From NCBI GenBank assembly GCA_964016885.1, contig OZ024766.1, positions 13,454,001 to 13,518,000 on the forward strand: 64,000 nt of DNA, written 5' to 3'. Under the pieces are notes generated by a model. It was not told where the DNA came from and made no database searches. It saw only the letters and a program-made list of their open reading frames with translations. A program made the position numbers and the translations under genes. Source of the stretch: Eledone cirrhosa (lineage: Eukaryota). Below are positions 14,050 through 30,159 of this stretch, in pieces; the stretch's first letter is position 1; each line of letters begins with the position of its first letter.

Positions 14050-17000
14050 CAACATTGGAGTTACTTCTGACAGCTAATACCATGACTTAAATGAATTCTC
14101 ACCAACAGTGGAGTTACTTCTGACAGCTAATACCATGAACTTAAATGAATTCTCACCAACAGTGGATTTACTTCTGACAGCTAGTACCATGAACTTAAAT
14201 GAATTCTCACCAACATTGGAGTTACTTCTGACAACTAATACCATGACTTAAATGAATTCTCACCAACAGTGGAGTTACTTCTGACAAACTAATACCATGA
14301 ACTTAAATGAATTCTCACCAACAGTGGAGTTACTTCTGACAGCCAGTACCATGAACTTAAATGAATTCTCACCAACAGTGGAGTAACTTCTGACAGCTAA
14401 TACCATGAACTTAAATGATTTCTCACCAACAGTGGAGTTACTTCTGACAGCTAATACCATGAACTTAAATGAATTCTCACCAACATTGGAGTTACTTCTG
14501 AGAGCTAATACCATGACTTAACTGAATTCTCACCAACAGTGGAGTTACTTCTGACAGCTAATACCATGAACTTAAATGAATTCTCACCAACATTGGAGTT
14601 ACTTCTGACAGCTAGTACCATGAACTTAAATGAATTCTCACCAACAGTGGAGTTACTTCTGACAGCTAATACCATGAACTTAAATGAATTCTCACCAACA
14701 GTGGAGTTACTTCTGACAGCTAATACCATGAACTTAAATGAATTCTCACCAACAGTGGAGTTCCTTCTGACAGCTAATACCATGAACTTAAATGAATTCT
14801 CACCAACATTGGAGTTACTTCTGACAGCTAGTACCATGACTTAAATGAATTCTCACCAACATTGGAGTTAGTTCTGACAGCTAGTACCATGACTTAAATG
14901 AATTCTCACCAACAATGGAGTTACTTCTGACAGCTAATACCATGACTTAAATGAATTCTCACCAACAGTGGAGTTACTTCTGACAGCTAATACCATGAAC
15001 TTAAATGAATTCTCACCAACAGTGGCGTTCCTTCTGACAGCTAATACCATGAACTTAAATGAATTCTCACCAACAGTGGAGTTACTTCTGACAGCTAGTA
15101 CCATGACTTAAATGAATTCTCACCAACATTGGAGTTCCTTCTGACAGCTAATACCATGAACTTAAATAAATTCTCACCAACAGTGGAGTTCCTTCTGACA
15201 GCTAATACCATGAACTTAAATGAATTCTCACCAACATTGGAGTTACTTCTGACAACTAATACCATGACTTAAATGAATTCTCACCAACAGTGGAGTTACT
15301 TCTGACAAACTAATACCATGAACTTAAATGAATTTTCACCAACAGTGGAGTTACTTCTGACAGCTAGTACCATGAACTTAAATGAATTCTCACCAACATT
15401 GGAGTTACTTCTGACAGCTAGTACCATGAACTTAAATGAATTCTCACCAACAGTGGAGTTACTTCTGACAGCTAATACCATGAACTTAAATGAATTCTCA
15501 CCAACAGTGGAGTTACTTCTGACAGCTAATACCATGAACTTAAATGAATTCTCACCAACAGTGGAGCTACTTCTGACAGCTAATACCATGAACTTAAATG
15601 AATTCTCACCAACATTGGAGTTACTTCTGACAGCTAGTACCATGAACTTAAATGAATTCTCACCAACAGTGGAGTGACTTCTGTCAGCTAATACCATGAA
15701 CTTAAATGAATTCTCACCAACAGTGGAGTTACTTCTGACAGCTAATACCATGAACTTAAATGAATTCTCACCAACAGTGGAGTTACTTCTGACAGCTAGT
15801 ACCATGAACTTAAATGAATTCTCACCAACAGTGGTGTTACTTCTGACAGCTAATACCATGAACTTAAATGAATTCTCAGCAACAGTGGAGTTCCTTCTGA
15901 CAGCTAATACCATGAACTTAAATGAATTCTCACCAACATTGGAGTTACTTCTGACAGCTAGTACCATGAACTTAAATGAATTCTCACCAACAGTGGAGTT
16001 ACTTCTGACAGCTAATACCATGAACTTAAATGAATTCTCACCAACAGTGGAGTTACTTCTGACAGCTAATACCATGAACTTAAATGAATTCTTACCAACA
16101 GTGGAGTTACTTCTGACAGCTAATACCATGAACTTAAATGAATTCTCACCCACATTGGAGTGACTTCTGACAGCTAATACCATGAACTTAAATGAATTCT
16201 CACCAACATTGGGGTTACTTCTGACAGCTAGTACCATGAACTTAAATGAATTCTCACCAACAGTGGAGTGACTTCTGACAGCTAATACCATGAACTTAAA
16301 TGAATTCTCACCAACATTGGAGTTACTTCTGACAGCTAATACCATGACTTAAATGAATGCTCACCAACAGTGGAGTTACTTCTGACAGCTAATACCATGA
16401 ACTTAAATGAATTCTCACCAACAGTGGAGTTACTTCTGACAGCTAATACCATGAACTTAAATGAATTCTCACCAACATTGGAGTTACTTCTGACAGCTAG
16501 TACCATGACTTAAATGAATTCTCACCAACATTGGAGTTACTTCTGACAGCTAATACCATGACTTAAATGAATTCTCACCAACAGTGGAGTTACTTCTGAC
16601 AGCTATTACCATGAACTTAAATGAATTCTCACCAACAGTGGAGTTACTTCTGACAGCTAGTACCATGAACTTAAATGAATTCTCACCAACATTGGAGTTA
16701 CTTCTGACAACTAATACCATGACTTAAATGAATTCTCACCAACAGTGGAGTTACTTCTGACAAACTAATACCATGAACTTAAATAAATTCTCACCAACAG
16801 TGGAGTTACTTCTGACAGCTAATACCATGAACTTAAATGAATTCTCACCAACATTGGAGTTACTTCTGACAGCTAGTACCATGAACTTAAATGAATTCTC
16901 ACCAACAGTGGAGTTACTTCTGACAGCTAATACCATGAACTTAAATGAATTCTCACCAACAGTGGAGTTACTTCTGACAGCTAATACCATGACTTAAATG

Positions 17001-18990
17001 AATTCTCACCAACAGTGGAGTTACTTCTGACAGCTAATACCATGAACTTAAATGAATTCTCACCTACATTGGAGTTACTTCTGACAGCTAGTACCATGAA
17101 CTTAAATGAATTCTCACCAACAGTGGAGTTACTTCTGACAGCTAATACCATGAACTTAAATGAATTCTCACCAACATTGGAGTTACTTCTGACAGCTAAT
17201 ACCATGACTTAAATGAATTCTCACCAACAGTGGAGTTACTTCTGACAGCTAATACCATGAACTTAAATGAATTCTCACCAACAGTGGATTTAATTCTGAC
17301 AGCTAGTACCATGAACTTAAATGAATTCTCACCAACATTGGAGTTACTTCTGACAACTAATACCATGACTTAAATGAATTCTCACCAACAGTGGAGTTAC
17401 TTCTGACAAACTAATACCATGAACTTAAATGAATTCTCACCAACAGTGGAGTTACTTCTGACAGCCAGTACCATGAACTTAAATGAATTCTCACCAACAG
17501 TGGAGTTACTTCTGACCGCTAATACCATGAACTTAAATGATTTCTCACCAACAGTGGAGTTACTTCTGACAGCTAATACCATGAACTTAAATGAATTCTC
17601 ACCAACATTGGAGTTACTTCTGACAGCTAATACCATGACTTAACTGAATTCTCACCAACAGTGGAGTTACTTCTGACAGCTAATACCATGAACTTAAATG
17701 AATTCTCACCAACATTGGAGTTACTTCTGACAGCTAGTACCATGAACTTAAATGAATTCTCACCAACAGTGGAGTTACTTCTGACAGCTAATACCATGAA
17801 CTTAAATGAATTCTCACCAACAGTGGAGTTACTTCTGACAGCTAATACCATGAACTTAAATGAATTCTCACCAACAGTGGAGTTCCTTCTGACAGCTAAT
17901 ACCATGAACTTAAATGAATTCTCACCAACATTGGAGTTACTTCTGACAGCTAGTACCATGACTTAAATGAATTCTCACCAACATTGGAGTTAGTTCTGAC
18001 AGCTAGTACCATGACTTAAATGAATTCTCACCAACAATGGAGTTACTTCTGACAGCTAATACCATGACTTAAATGAATTCTCACCAACAGTGGAGTTACT
18101 TCTGACAGCTAATACCATGAACTTAAATGAATTCTCACCAACAGTGGCGTTCCTTCTGACAGCTAATACCATGAACTTAAATGAATTCTCACCAACAGTG
18201 GAGTTACTTCTGACAGCTAGTACCATGACTTAAATGAATTCTCACCAACATTGGAGTTCCTTCTGACAGCTAATACCATGAACTTAAATGAATTCTCACC
18301 AACAGTGGAGTTCCTTCTGACAGCTAATACCATGAACTTAAATGAATTCTCACCAACATTGGAGTTACTTCTGACAACTAATACCATGACTTAAATGAAT
18401 TCTCACCAACAGTGGAGTTACTTCTGACAAACTAATACCATGAACTTAAATGAATTTTCACCAACAGTGGAGTTACTTCTGACAGCTAGTACCATGAACT
18501 TAAATGAATTCTCACCAACATTGGAGTTACTTCTGACAGCTAGTACCATGAACTTAAATGAATTCTCACCAACAGTGGAGTTACTTCTGACAGCTAATAC
18601 CATGAACTTAAATGAATTCTCACCAACAGTGGAGTTACTTCTGACAGCTAATACCATGAACTTAAATGAATTCTCACCAACAGTGGAGTTACTTCTGACA
18701 GCTAATACCATGAACTTAAATGAATTCTCACCAACATTGGAGTTACTTCTGACAGCTAGTACCATGAACTTAAATGAATTCTCACCAACAGTGGAGTGAC
18801 TTCTGTCAGCTAATACCATGAACTTAAATGAATTCTCACCAACAGTGGAGTTACTTCTGACAGCTAATACCATGAACTTAAATGAATTCTCACCAACAGT
18901 GGAGTTACTTCTGACAGCTAGTACCATGAACTTAAATGAATTCTCACCAACAGTGGTGTTACTTCTGACAGCTAATACCATGAACTTAAA
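14050..18990. repeat. Direct duplication ~14050-15870 / ~17170-18990 (offset 3122)
   Basis: ORF pairs 14275/17397, 14505/17627 and 15296/18418. TTAGTT at 14868/17990. Shared GTGGATT, GAATTTT and GTGGTG variants. Confidence 0.88.
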
Positions 18991-18999
18991 TGAATTCTC

Positions 19000-21900
19000 A
19001 CCAACATTGGAGTTACTTCTGACAGCTAGTACCATGACTTAAATGAATTCTCACCAACATTGGAGTTACTTCTGACAGCTAATACCATGACTTAAATGAA
19101 TTCTCACCAACAGTGGAGTTACTTCTGACAGCTATTACCATGAACTTAAATGAATTCTCACCAACAGTGGAGTTACTTCTGACAGCTAGTACCATGAACT
19201 TAAATGAATTCTCACCAACATTGGAGTTACCTCTGACAACTAATACCATGACTTAAATGAATTCTCACCAACAGTGCAGTTACTTCTGACAAACTAATAC
19301 CATGAACTTAAATGAATTCTCACCCACAGTGGAGTTACTTCTGACAGCTAATACCATGAACTTAAATGAATTCTCACCAACAGTGGAGTTACTTCTGACA
19401 GCTAATACCATGAACTTAAATGAATTCTCACCAACAGTGGAGTTACTTCTGACAGCTAATACCATGACTTAAATGAATTCTCACCAACAGTGGAGTTACT
19501 TCTGACAGCTAATACCATGAACTTAAATGAATTCTCACCAACATTGGAGTTACTTCTGACAGCTAGTACCATGAACTTAAATGAATTCTCACCAACAGTG
19601 GAGTTACTTCTGACAGCTAATACCATGAACTTAAATGAATTCTCACCAACAGTGGAGTTACTTCTGACAGCTAATACCATGACTTAAATGAATTCTCACC
19701 AACAGTGGAGTTACTTCTGACAGCTAATACCATGAACTTAAATGAATTCTCACCAACATTGGAGTTACTTCTGACAGCTAGTACCATGAACTTAAATGAA
19801 TTCTCACCAACAGTGGAGTTACTTCTGACAGCTAATACCATGAACTTAAATGAATTCTCACCAACAGTGGAGTTACTTCTGACAGCTAATACCATGAACT
19901 TAAATGAATTCTCACCAACAGTGGAGTTACTTCTGACAGCTAATACCATGAACTTAAATGAATTCTCACCAGCATTGGAGTTACTTCTGACAGCTAGTAC
20001 CATGAACTTAAATGAATTCTCACCAACGGTGGAGTTACTTCTGACAGCTAATACCATGAACTTAAATGAATTCTCACCAACAGTGGAGTTACTTCTGACA
20101 GCTAATACCATGAACTTAAATGAATTCTCACCAACAGTGGAGTTCCTTCTGACAGCTAATAACATGAACTTAAATGAATTCTCACCAACATTGGAGTTAC
20201 TTCTGACAGCTAGTACCATGACTTAAATGAATTCTCACCAACAATGGAGTTACTTCTGACAGCTAATACCATGACTTAAATGAATTCTCACCAACAGTGG
20301 AGTTACTTCTGACAGCTAATACCATGAACTTAAATGAATTCTCACCAACAGTGGAGTTCCTTCTGACAGCTAATACCATGCACTTAAATGAATTCTCACC
20401 AACATTGGAGTTACTTCTGACAGCTAGTACCATGAACTTAAATGAATTCTCACCAACAGTGGAGTTACTTCTGACAGCTAATACCATGAACTTAAATGAA
20501 TTCTCACCAACAGTGGCGTTCCTTCTGACAGCTAATACCATGAACTTAAATGAATTCTCACCAACAGTGGAGTTACTTCTGACAGCTAGTACCATGACTT
20601 AAATGAATTCTCACCAACATTGGAGTTCCTTCTGACAACTAATACCATGAACTTAAATGAATTCTCACCAACAGTGGAGTTCCTTCTGACAGCTAATACC
20701 ATGAACTTAAATGAATTCTCACCAACATTGGAGTTACTTCTGACAACTAATACCATGACTTAAATGAATTCTCACCAACAGTGGAGTTACTTCTGACAAA
20801 CTAATACCATGAACATAAATGAATTCTCACCAACAGTGGAGTGACTTCTGTCAGCTAATACCATGAACTTAAATGAATTCTCACCAACAGTGGAGTTACT
20901 TCTGACAGCTAATACCATGAACTTAAATGAATTCTCACCAACAGTGGAGTTACTTCTGACAGCTAGTACCATGAACTTAAATGAATTCTCACGAACAGTG
21001 GAGTTACTTCTGACAGCTAATACCATGAACTTAAATGAATTCTCAGCAACAGTGGAGTTCCTTCTGACAGCTAATACCATGAACTTAAATGAATTCTCCC
21101 CAACATTGGAGTTACTTCTGACAGCTAGTACCATGAACTTAAATGAATTCTCACCAACAGTGGCGTTACTTCTGACAGCTAATACCATGAACTTAAATGA
21201 ATTCTCACCAACAGTGGCGTTCCTTCTGACAGCTAATACCATGAACTTAAATGAATTCTCACCAACAGTGGAGTTACTTCTGACAGCTAATACCATGAAC
21301 TTAAATGAATTCTTACCAACAGTGGAGTTACTTCTGACAGCTAATACCATGAACTTAAATGAATTCTCACCAACATTGGAGTTACTTCTGACAGCTAATA
21401 CCATGACTTAAATGAATTCTCACCAACAGTGGAGTTACTTCTGACAGCTAATACCATGAACTTAAATGAATTCTCACCAACAGTGGAGTTACTTCTGACA
21501 GCTAATACCATGAACTTAAATGAATTCTCACCAACATTGGAGTTACTTCTGACAGCTAATACCATGAACTTAAATGAATTCTCACCAACATTGGGGTTAC
21601 TTCTGACAGCTAGTACCATGAACTTAAATGAATTCTCACCAACAGTGGAGTGACTTATTGACAGCTAATACCATGAACTTAAATGAATTCTCACCAACAT
21701 TGGAGTTACTTCTGACAGCTAATACCATGACTTAAATGAATTCTCACCAACAGTGGAGTTACTTCTGACAGCTAATACCATGAACTTAAATGAATTCTCA
21801 CCAACAGTGGAGTTACTTCTGACAGCTAATACCATGAACTTAAATGAATTCTCACCAACATTGGAGTTACTTCTGACAGCTAGTACCATGACTTAAATGA

Positions 21901-24900
21901 ATTCTCACCAACATTGGAGTTACTTCTGACAGCTAATACCATGACTTTAATGAATTCTCACCAACAGTGGAGTTACTTCTGACAGCTATTACCATGAACT
22001 TAAATGAATTCTCACCAACAGTGGAGTTACTTCTGACAGCTAGTACCATGAACTTAAATGAATTCTCACCAACATTGGAGTTACTTCTGACAACTAATAC
22101 CATGACTTAAATGAATTCTCACCAACAGTGCAGTTACTTCTGACAAACTAATACCATGAACTTAAATGAATTCTCACCCACAGTGGAGTTACTTCTGACA
22201 GCTAATACCATGAACTTAAATGAATTCTCACCAACAGTGGAGTTACTTCTGACAGCTAATACCATGAACTTAAATGAATTCTCACCAACAGTGGAGTTAC
22301 TTCTGACAGCTAATACCATGACTTAAATGAATTCTCACCAACAGTGGAGTTACTTCTGACAGCTAATACCATGAACTTAAATGAATTCTCACCAACATTG
22401 GAGTTACTTCTGACAGCTAGTACCATGAACTTAAATGAATTCTCACCAACAGTGGAGTTACTTCTGACAGCTAATACCATGAACTTAAATGAATTCTCAC
22501 CAACAGTGGAGTTACTTCTGACAGCTAATACCATGACTTAAATGAATTCTCACCAACAGTGGAGTTACTTCTGACAGCTAATACCATGAACTTAAATGAA
22601 TTCTCACCAACATTGGAGTTACTTCTGACAGCTAGTACCATGAACTTAAATGAATTCTCACCAACAGTGGAGTTACTTCTGACAGCTAATACCATGAACT
22701 TAAATGAATTCTCACCAACAGTGGAGTTACTTCTGACAGCTAATACCATGAACTTAAATGAATTCTCACCAACAGTGGAGTTACTTCTGACAGCTAATAC
22801 CATGAACTTAAATGAATTCTCACCAGCATTGGAGTTACTTCTGACAGCTAGTACCATGAACTTAAATGAATTCTCACCAACGGTGGAGTTACTTCTGATA
22901 GCTAATACCATGACTTAAATGAATTCTCACCAACAGTGGAGTTACTTCTGACAGCTAATACCATGAACTTAAATGAATTCTCACCAACAGTGGAGTTCCT
23001 TCTGACAGCTAATAACATGAACTTAAATGAATTCTCACCAACATTGGAGTTACTTCTGACAGCTAGTACCATGACTTAAATGAATTCTCACCAACAATGG
23101 AGTTACTTCTGACAGCTAATACCATGACTTAAATGAATTCTCACCAACAGTGGAGTTACTTCTGACAGCTAATACCATGAACTTAAATGAATTCTCACCA
23201 ACAGTGGAGTTCCTTCTGACAGCTAATACCATGCACTTAAATGAATTCTCACCAACATTGGAGTTACTTCTGACAGCTAGTACCATGAACTTAAATGAAT
23301 TCTCACCAACAGTGGAGTTACTTCTGACAGCTAATACCATGAACTTAAATGAATTCTCACCAACAGTGGCGTTCCTTCTGACAGCTAATACCATGAACTT
23401 AAATGAATTCTCACCAACAGTGGAGTTACTTCTGACAGCTAGTACCATGACTTAAATGAATTCTCACCAACATTGGACTTCCTTCTGACAACTAATACCA
23501 TGAACTTAAATGAATTCTCACCAACAGTGGAGTTCCTTCTGACAGCTAATACCATGAACTTAAATGAATTCTCACCAACATTGGAGTTACTTCTGACAAC
23601 TAATACCATGACTTAAATGAATTCTCACCAACAGTGGAGTTACTTCTGACAGCTATTACCATGAACTTAAATGAATTCTCACCAACAGTGGAGTTACTTC
23701 TGACAGCTAGTACCATGAACTTAAATGAATTCTCACCAACATTGGAGTTACTTCTGACAACTAATACCATGACTTAAATGAATTCTCACCAACAGTGCAG
23801 TTACTTCTGACAAACTAATACCATGAACTTAAATGAATTCTCACCCACAGTGGAGTTACTTCTGACAGCTAATACCATGAACTTAAATGAATTCTCACCA
23901 ACAGTGGAGTTACTTCTGACAGCTAATACCATGAACTTAAATGAATTCTCACCAACAGTGGAGTTACTTCTGACAGCTAATACCATGACTTAAATGAATT
24001 CTCACCAACAGTGGAGTTACTTCTGACAGCTAATACCATGAACTTAAATGAATTCTCACCAACATTGGAGTTACTTCTGACAGCTAGTACCATGAACTTA
24101 AATGAATTCTCACCAACAGTGGAGTTACTTCTGACAGCTAATACCATGAACTTAAATGAATTCTCACCAACAGTGGAGTTACTTCTGACAGCTAATACCA
24201 TGACTTAAATGAATTCTCACCAACAGTGGAGTTACTTCTGACAGCTAATACCATGAACTTAAATGAATTCTCACCAACATTGGAGTTACTTCTGACAGCT
24301 AGTACCATGAACTTAAATAAATTCTCACCAACAGTGGAGTTACTTCTGACAGCTAATACCATGAACTTAAATGAATTCTCACCAACAGTGGAGTTACTTC
24401 TGACAGCTAATACCATGAACTTAAATGAATTCTCACCAACAGTGGAGTTACTTCTGACAGCTAATACCATGAACTTAAATGAATTCTCACCAGCATTGGA
24501 GTTACTTCTGACAGCTAGTACCATGAACTTAAATGAATTCTCACCAACGGTGGAGTTACTTCTGACAGCTAATACCATGACTTAAATGAATTCTCACCAA
24601 CAGTGGAGTTACTTCTGACAGCTAATACCATGAACTTAAATGAATTCTCACCAACAGTGGAGTTCCTTCTGACAGCTAATAACATGAACTTAAATGAATT
24701 CTCACCAACATTGGAGTTACTTCTGACAGCTAGTACCATGACTTAAATGAATTCTCACCAACAATGGAGTTACTTCTGACAGCTAATACCATGACTTAAA
24801 TGAATTCTCACCAACAGTGGAGTTACTTCTGACAGCTAATACCATGAACTTAAATGAATTCTCACCAACAGTGGAGTTCCTTCTGACAGCTAATACCATG

Positions 24901-26540
24901 CACTTAAATGAATTCTCACCAACATTGGAGTTACTTCTGACAGCTAGTACCATGAACTTAAATGAATTCTCACCAACAGTGGAGTTACTTCTGACAGCTA
25001 ATACCATGAACTTAAATGAATTCTCACCAACAGTGGCGTTCCTTCTGACAGCTAATACCATGAACTTAAATGAATTCTCACCAACAGTGGAGTTACTTCT
25101 GACAGCTAGTACCATGACTTAAATGAATTCTCACCAACATTGGAGTTCCTTCTGACAACTAATACCATGAACTTAAATGAATTCTCACCAACAGTGGAGT
25201 TCCTTCTGACAGCTAATACCATGAACTTAAATGAATTCTCACCAACATTGGAGTTACTTCTGACAACTAATACCATGACTTAAATGAATTCTCACCAACA
25301 GTGGAGTTACTTCTGACAAACTAATACCATGAACATAAATGAATTCTCACCAACAGTGGAGTGACTTCTGTCAGCTAATACCATGAACTTAAATGAATTC
25401 TCACCAACAGTGGAGTTACTTCTGACAGCTAATACCATGAACTTAAATGAATTCTCACCAACAGTGGAGTTACTTCTGACAGCTAGTACCATGAACTTAA
25501 ATGAATTCTCACGAACAGTGGAGTTACTTCTGACAGCTAATACCATGAACTTAAATGAATTCTCAGCAACATTGGAGTTCCTTCTGACAGCTAATACCAT
25601 GAACTTAAATGAATTCTCCCCAACATTGGAGTTACTTCTGACAGCTAGTACCATGAACTTAAATGAATTCTCACCAACAGTGGCGTTACTTCTGACAGCT
25701 AATACCATGAACTTAAATGAATTTTCACCAACAGTGGCGTTCCTTCTGACAGCTAATACCATGAACTTAAATGAATTCTCACCAACAGTGGAGTTACTTC
25801 TGACAGCTAATACCATGAACTTAAATGAATTCTTACCAACAGTGGAGTTACTTCTGACAGCTAATACCATGAACTTAAATGAATTCTCACCAACATTGGA
25901 GTGAATTCTGACAGCTAATACCATGAACTTAAATGAATTCTCACCAACATTGGGGTTACTTCTGACAGCTAGTACCATGAACTTAAATGAATTCTCACCA
26001 ACAGTGGAGTGACTTATTGACAGCTAATACCATGAACTTAAATGAATTCTCACCAACATTGGAGTTACTTCTGACAGCTAATACCATGACTTAAATGAAT
26101 TCTCACCAACAGTGGAGTTACTTCTGACAGCTAATACCATGAACTTAAATGAATTCTCACCAACAGTGGAGTTTCTTCTGACAGCTAATACCATGAACTT
26201 AAATGAATTCTCACCAACATTGGAGTTACTTCTGACAGCTAGTACCATGACTTAAATGAATTCTCACCAACATTGGAGTTACTTCTGACAGCTAATACCA
26301 TGACTTAAATGAATTCTCACCAACAGTGGAGTTACTTCTGACAGCTATTACCATGAACTTAAATGAATTCTCACCAACAGTGGAGTTACTTCTGACAGCT
26401 AGTACCATGAACTTAAATGAATTCTCACCAACATTGGAGTTACTTCTGACAACTAATACCATGACTTAAATGAATTCTCACCAACAGTGGAGTTACTTCT
26501 GACAAACTAATACCATGAACTTAAATGAATTCTCACCCAC
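19000..26540. repeat. Domain-B higher-order units: ~2854-bp period plus a 1667-bp tandem duplication (~21960-25290)
   Basis: 19280/22134 (offset 2854), 20263/23116 (2853), 22134/23801 and 23116/24783 (1667), 20787/25307 (4520 = 2853+1667). Markers GTGCAG, CACCCAC, CCAGCATT, AATAACATG, ATGCACTT. Confidence 0.87.
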
Positions 26541-29500
26541 AGTGGAGTTCCTTCTGACAGCTAATAACATGAACTTAAATGAATTCTCACCAACATTGGA
26601 GTTACTTCTGACAGCTAGTACCATGACTTAAATGAATTCTCACCAACAATGGAGTTACTTCTGACAGCTAATACCATGACTTAAATGAATTCTCACCAAC
26701 AGTGGAGTTACTTCTGACAGCTAATACCATGAACTTAAATGAATTCTCACCAACAGTGGAGTTCCTTCTGACAGCTAATAACATGAACTTAAATGAATTC
26801 TCACCAACATTGGAGTTACTTCTGACAGCTAGTACCATGACTTAAATGAATTCTCACCAACAATGGAGTTACTTCTGACAGCTAATACCATGACTTAAAT
26901 GAATTCTCACCAACAGTGGAGTTACTTCTGACAGCTAATACCATGAACTTAAATGAATTCTCACCAACAGTGGAGTTCCTTCTGACAGCTAATACCATGC
27001 ACTTAAATGAATTCTCACCAACATTGGAGTTACTTCTGACAGCTAGTACCATGAACTTAAATGAATTCTCACCAACAGTGGAGTTACTTCTGACAGCTAA
27101 TACCATGAACTTAAATGAATTCTCACCAACAGTGGCGTTCCTTCTGACAGCTAATACCATGAACTTAACTGAATTCTCACCAACAGTGGAGTTACTTCTG
27201 ACAGCTAGTACCATGACTTAAATGAATTCTCACCAACATTGGAGTTCCTTCTGACAACTAATACCATGAACTTAAATGAATTCTCACCAACATTGGAGTG
27301 ACTTCTGACAGCTAATACCATGAACTTAAATGAATTCTCACCAACATTGGAGTTACTTCTGACAACTAATACCATGACTTAAATGAATTCTCACCAACAG
27401 TGGAGTTACTTCTGACAAACTAATACCATGAACATAAATGAATTCTCACCAACAGTGGAGTTACTTCTGACAGCTAATACCATGAACTTAAATGAATTCT
27501 CACCAACATTGGAGTTACTTCTGACAGCTAGTACCATGAACTTAAATGAATTCTCACCAACAGTGGAGTTACTTCTGACAGCTAATACCATGAACTTAAA
27601 TGAATTCTCACCAACAGTGGAGTTACTTCTGACAGCTAATACCATGAACTTAAATGAATTCTCACCAACAGTGGAGTTACTTCTGACAGCTAATACCATG
27701 AACTTAAATGAATTCTCACCAGCATTGGAGTTACTTCTGACAGCTAGTACCATGAACTTAAATGAATTCTCACCAACGGTGGAGTTACTTCTGACAGCTA
27801 ATACCATGAACTTAAATGAATTCTCACCAACAGTGGAGTTACTTCTGACAGCTAATACCATGAACTTAAATGAATTCTCACCAACAGTGGAGTTCCTTCT
27901 GACAGCTAATAACATGAACTTAAATGAATTCTCACCAACATTGGAGTTACTTCTGACAGCTAGTACCATGACTTAAATGAATTCTCACCAACAATGGAGT
28001 TACTTCTGACAGCTAATACCATGACTTAAATGAATTCTCACCAACAGTGGAGTTACTTCTGACAGCTAATACCATGAACTTAAATGAATTCTCACCAACA
28101 GTGGAGTTCCTTCTGACAGCTAATACCATGCACTTAAATGAATTCTCACCAACATTGGAGTTACTTCTGACAGCTAGGACCATGAACTTAAATGAATTCT
28201 CACCAACAGTGGAGTTACTTCTGACAGCTAATACCATGAACTTAAATGAATTCTCACCAACAGTGGCGTTCCTTCTGACAGCTAATACCATGAACTTAAA
28301 TGAATTCTCACCAACAGTGGAGTTACTTCTGACAGCTAGTACCATGACTTAAATGAATTCTCACCAACATTGGAGTTCCTTCTGACAACTAATACCATGA
28401 ACTTAAATGAATTCTCACCAACAGTGGAGTTCCTTCTGACAGCTAATACCATGAACTTAAATGAATTCTCACCAACATTGGAGTTACTTCTGACAACTAA
28501 TACCATGACTTAAATGAATTCTCACCAACAGTGGAGTTACTTCTGACAAACTAATACCATGAACATAAATGAATTCTCACCAACAGTGGAGTGACTTCTG
28601 TCAGCTAATACCATGAACTTAAATGAATTCTCACCAACAGTGGAGTTACTTCTGACAGCTAATACCATGAACTTAAATGAATTCTCACCAACAGTGGAGT
28701 TACTTCTGACAGCTAGTACCATGAACTTAAATGAATTCTCACGAACAGTGGAGTTACTTCTGACAGCTAATACCATGAACTTAAATGAATTCTCAGCAAC
28801 AGTGGAGTTCCTTCTGACAGCTAATACCATGAACTTAAATGAATTCTCCCCAACATTGGAGTTACTTCTGACAGCTAGTACCATGAACTTAAATGAATTC
28901 TCACCAACAGTGGCGTTACTTCTGACAGCTAATACCATGAACTTAAATGAATTCTCCCCAACATTGGAGTTACTTCTGACAGCTAGTACCATGAACTTAA
29001 ATGAATTCTCACCAACAGTGGAGTTACTTCTGACAGCTAATACCATGAACTTAAATGAATTCTCAGCAACAGTGGAGTTCCTTCTGACAGCTAATACCAT
29101 GAACTTAAATGAATTCTCCCCAACATTGGAGTTACTTCTGACAGCTAGTACCATGAACTTAAATGAATTCTCACCAACAGTGGCGTTACTTCTGACAGCT
29201 AATACCATGAACTTAAATGAATTCTCACCAACAGTGGCGTTCCTTCTGACAGCTAATACCATGAACTTAAATGAATTCTCACCAACAGTGGAGTTACTTC
29301 TGACAGCTAATACCATGAACTTAAATGAATTCTTACCAACAGTGGAGTTACTTCTGACAGCTAATACCATGAACTTAAATGAATTCTCACCAACATTGGA
29401 GTGACTTCTGACAGCTAATACCATGAACTTAAATGAATTCTCACCAACATCGGGGTTACTTCTGACAGCTAGTACCATGAACTTAAATGAATTCTCACCA

Positions 29501-30159
29501 ACAGTGGAGTGACTTATTGACAGCTAATACCATGAACTTAAATGAATTCTCACCAACAGTGGAGTTACTTCTGACAGCTAATACCATGAACTTAAATGAA
29601 TTCTCACCAACAGTGGAGTTACTTCTGACAGCTAATACCATGAACTTAAATGAATTCTCACCAGCATTGGAGTTACTTCTGACAGCTAGTACCATGAACT
29701 TAAATGAATTCTCACCAACGGTGGAGTTACTTCTGACAGGTAATACCATGAACTTAAATGAATTCTCACCAACATTGGAGTTACTTCTGACAGCTAGTAC
29801 CATGACTTAAATGAATTCTCACCAACAATGGAGTTACTTCTGACAGCTAATACCATGACTTAAATGAATTCTCACCAACAGTGGAGTTACTTCTGACAGC
29901 TAATACCATGAACTTAAATGAATTCTCACCAACAGTGGAGTTCCTTCTGACAGCTAATACCATGAACTTAAATGAATTCTCACCAACAGTGGAGTTACTT
30001 CTGACAGCTAGTACCATGACTTAAATGAATTCTCACCAACATTGGAGTTCCTTCTGACAACTAATACCATGAACTTAAATGAATTCTCACCAACATTGGA
30101 GTGACTTCTGACAGCTAATACCATGAACTTAAATGAATTCTCACCAACATTGGAGTTAC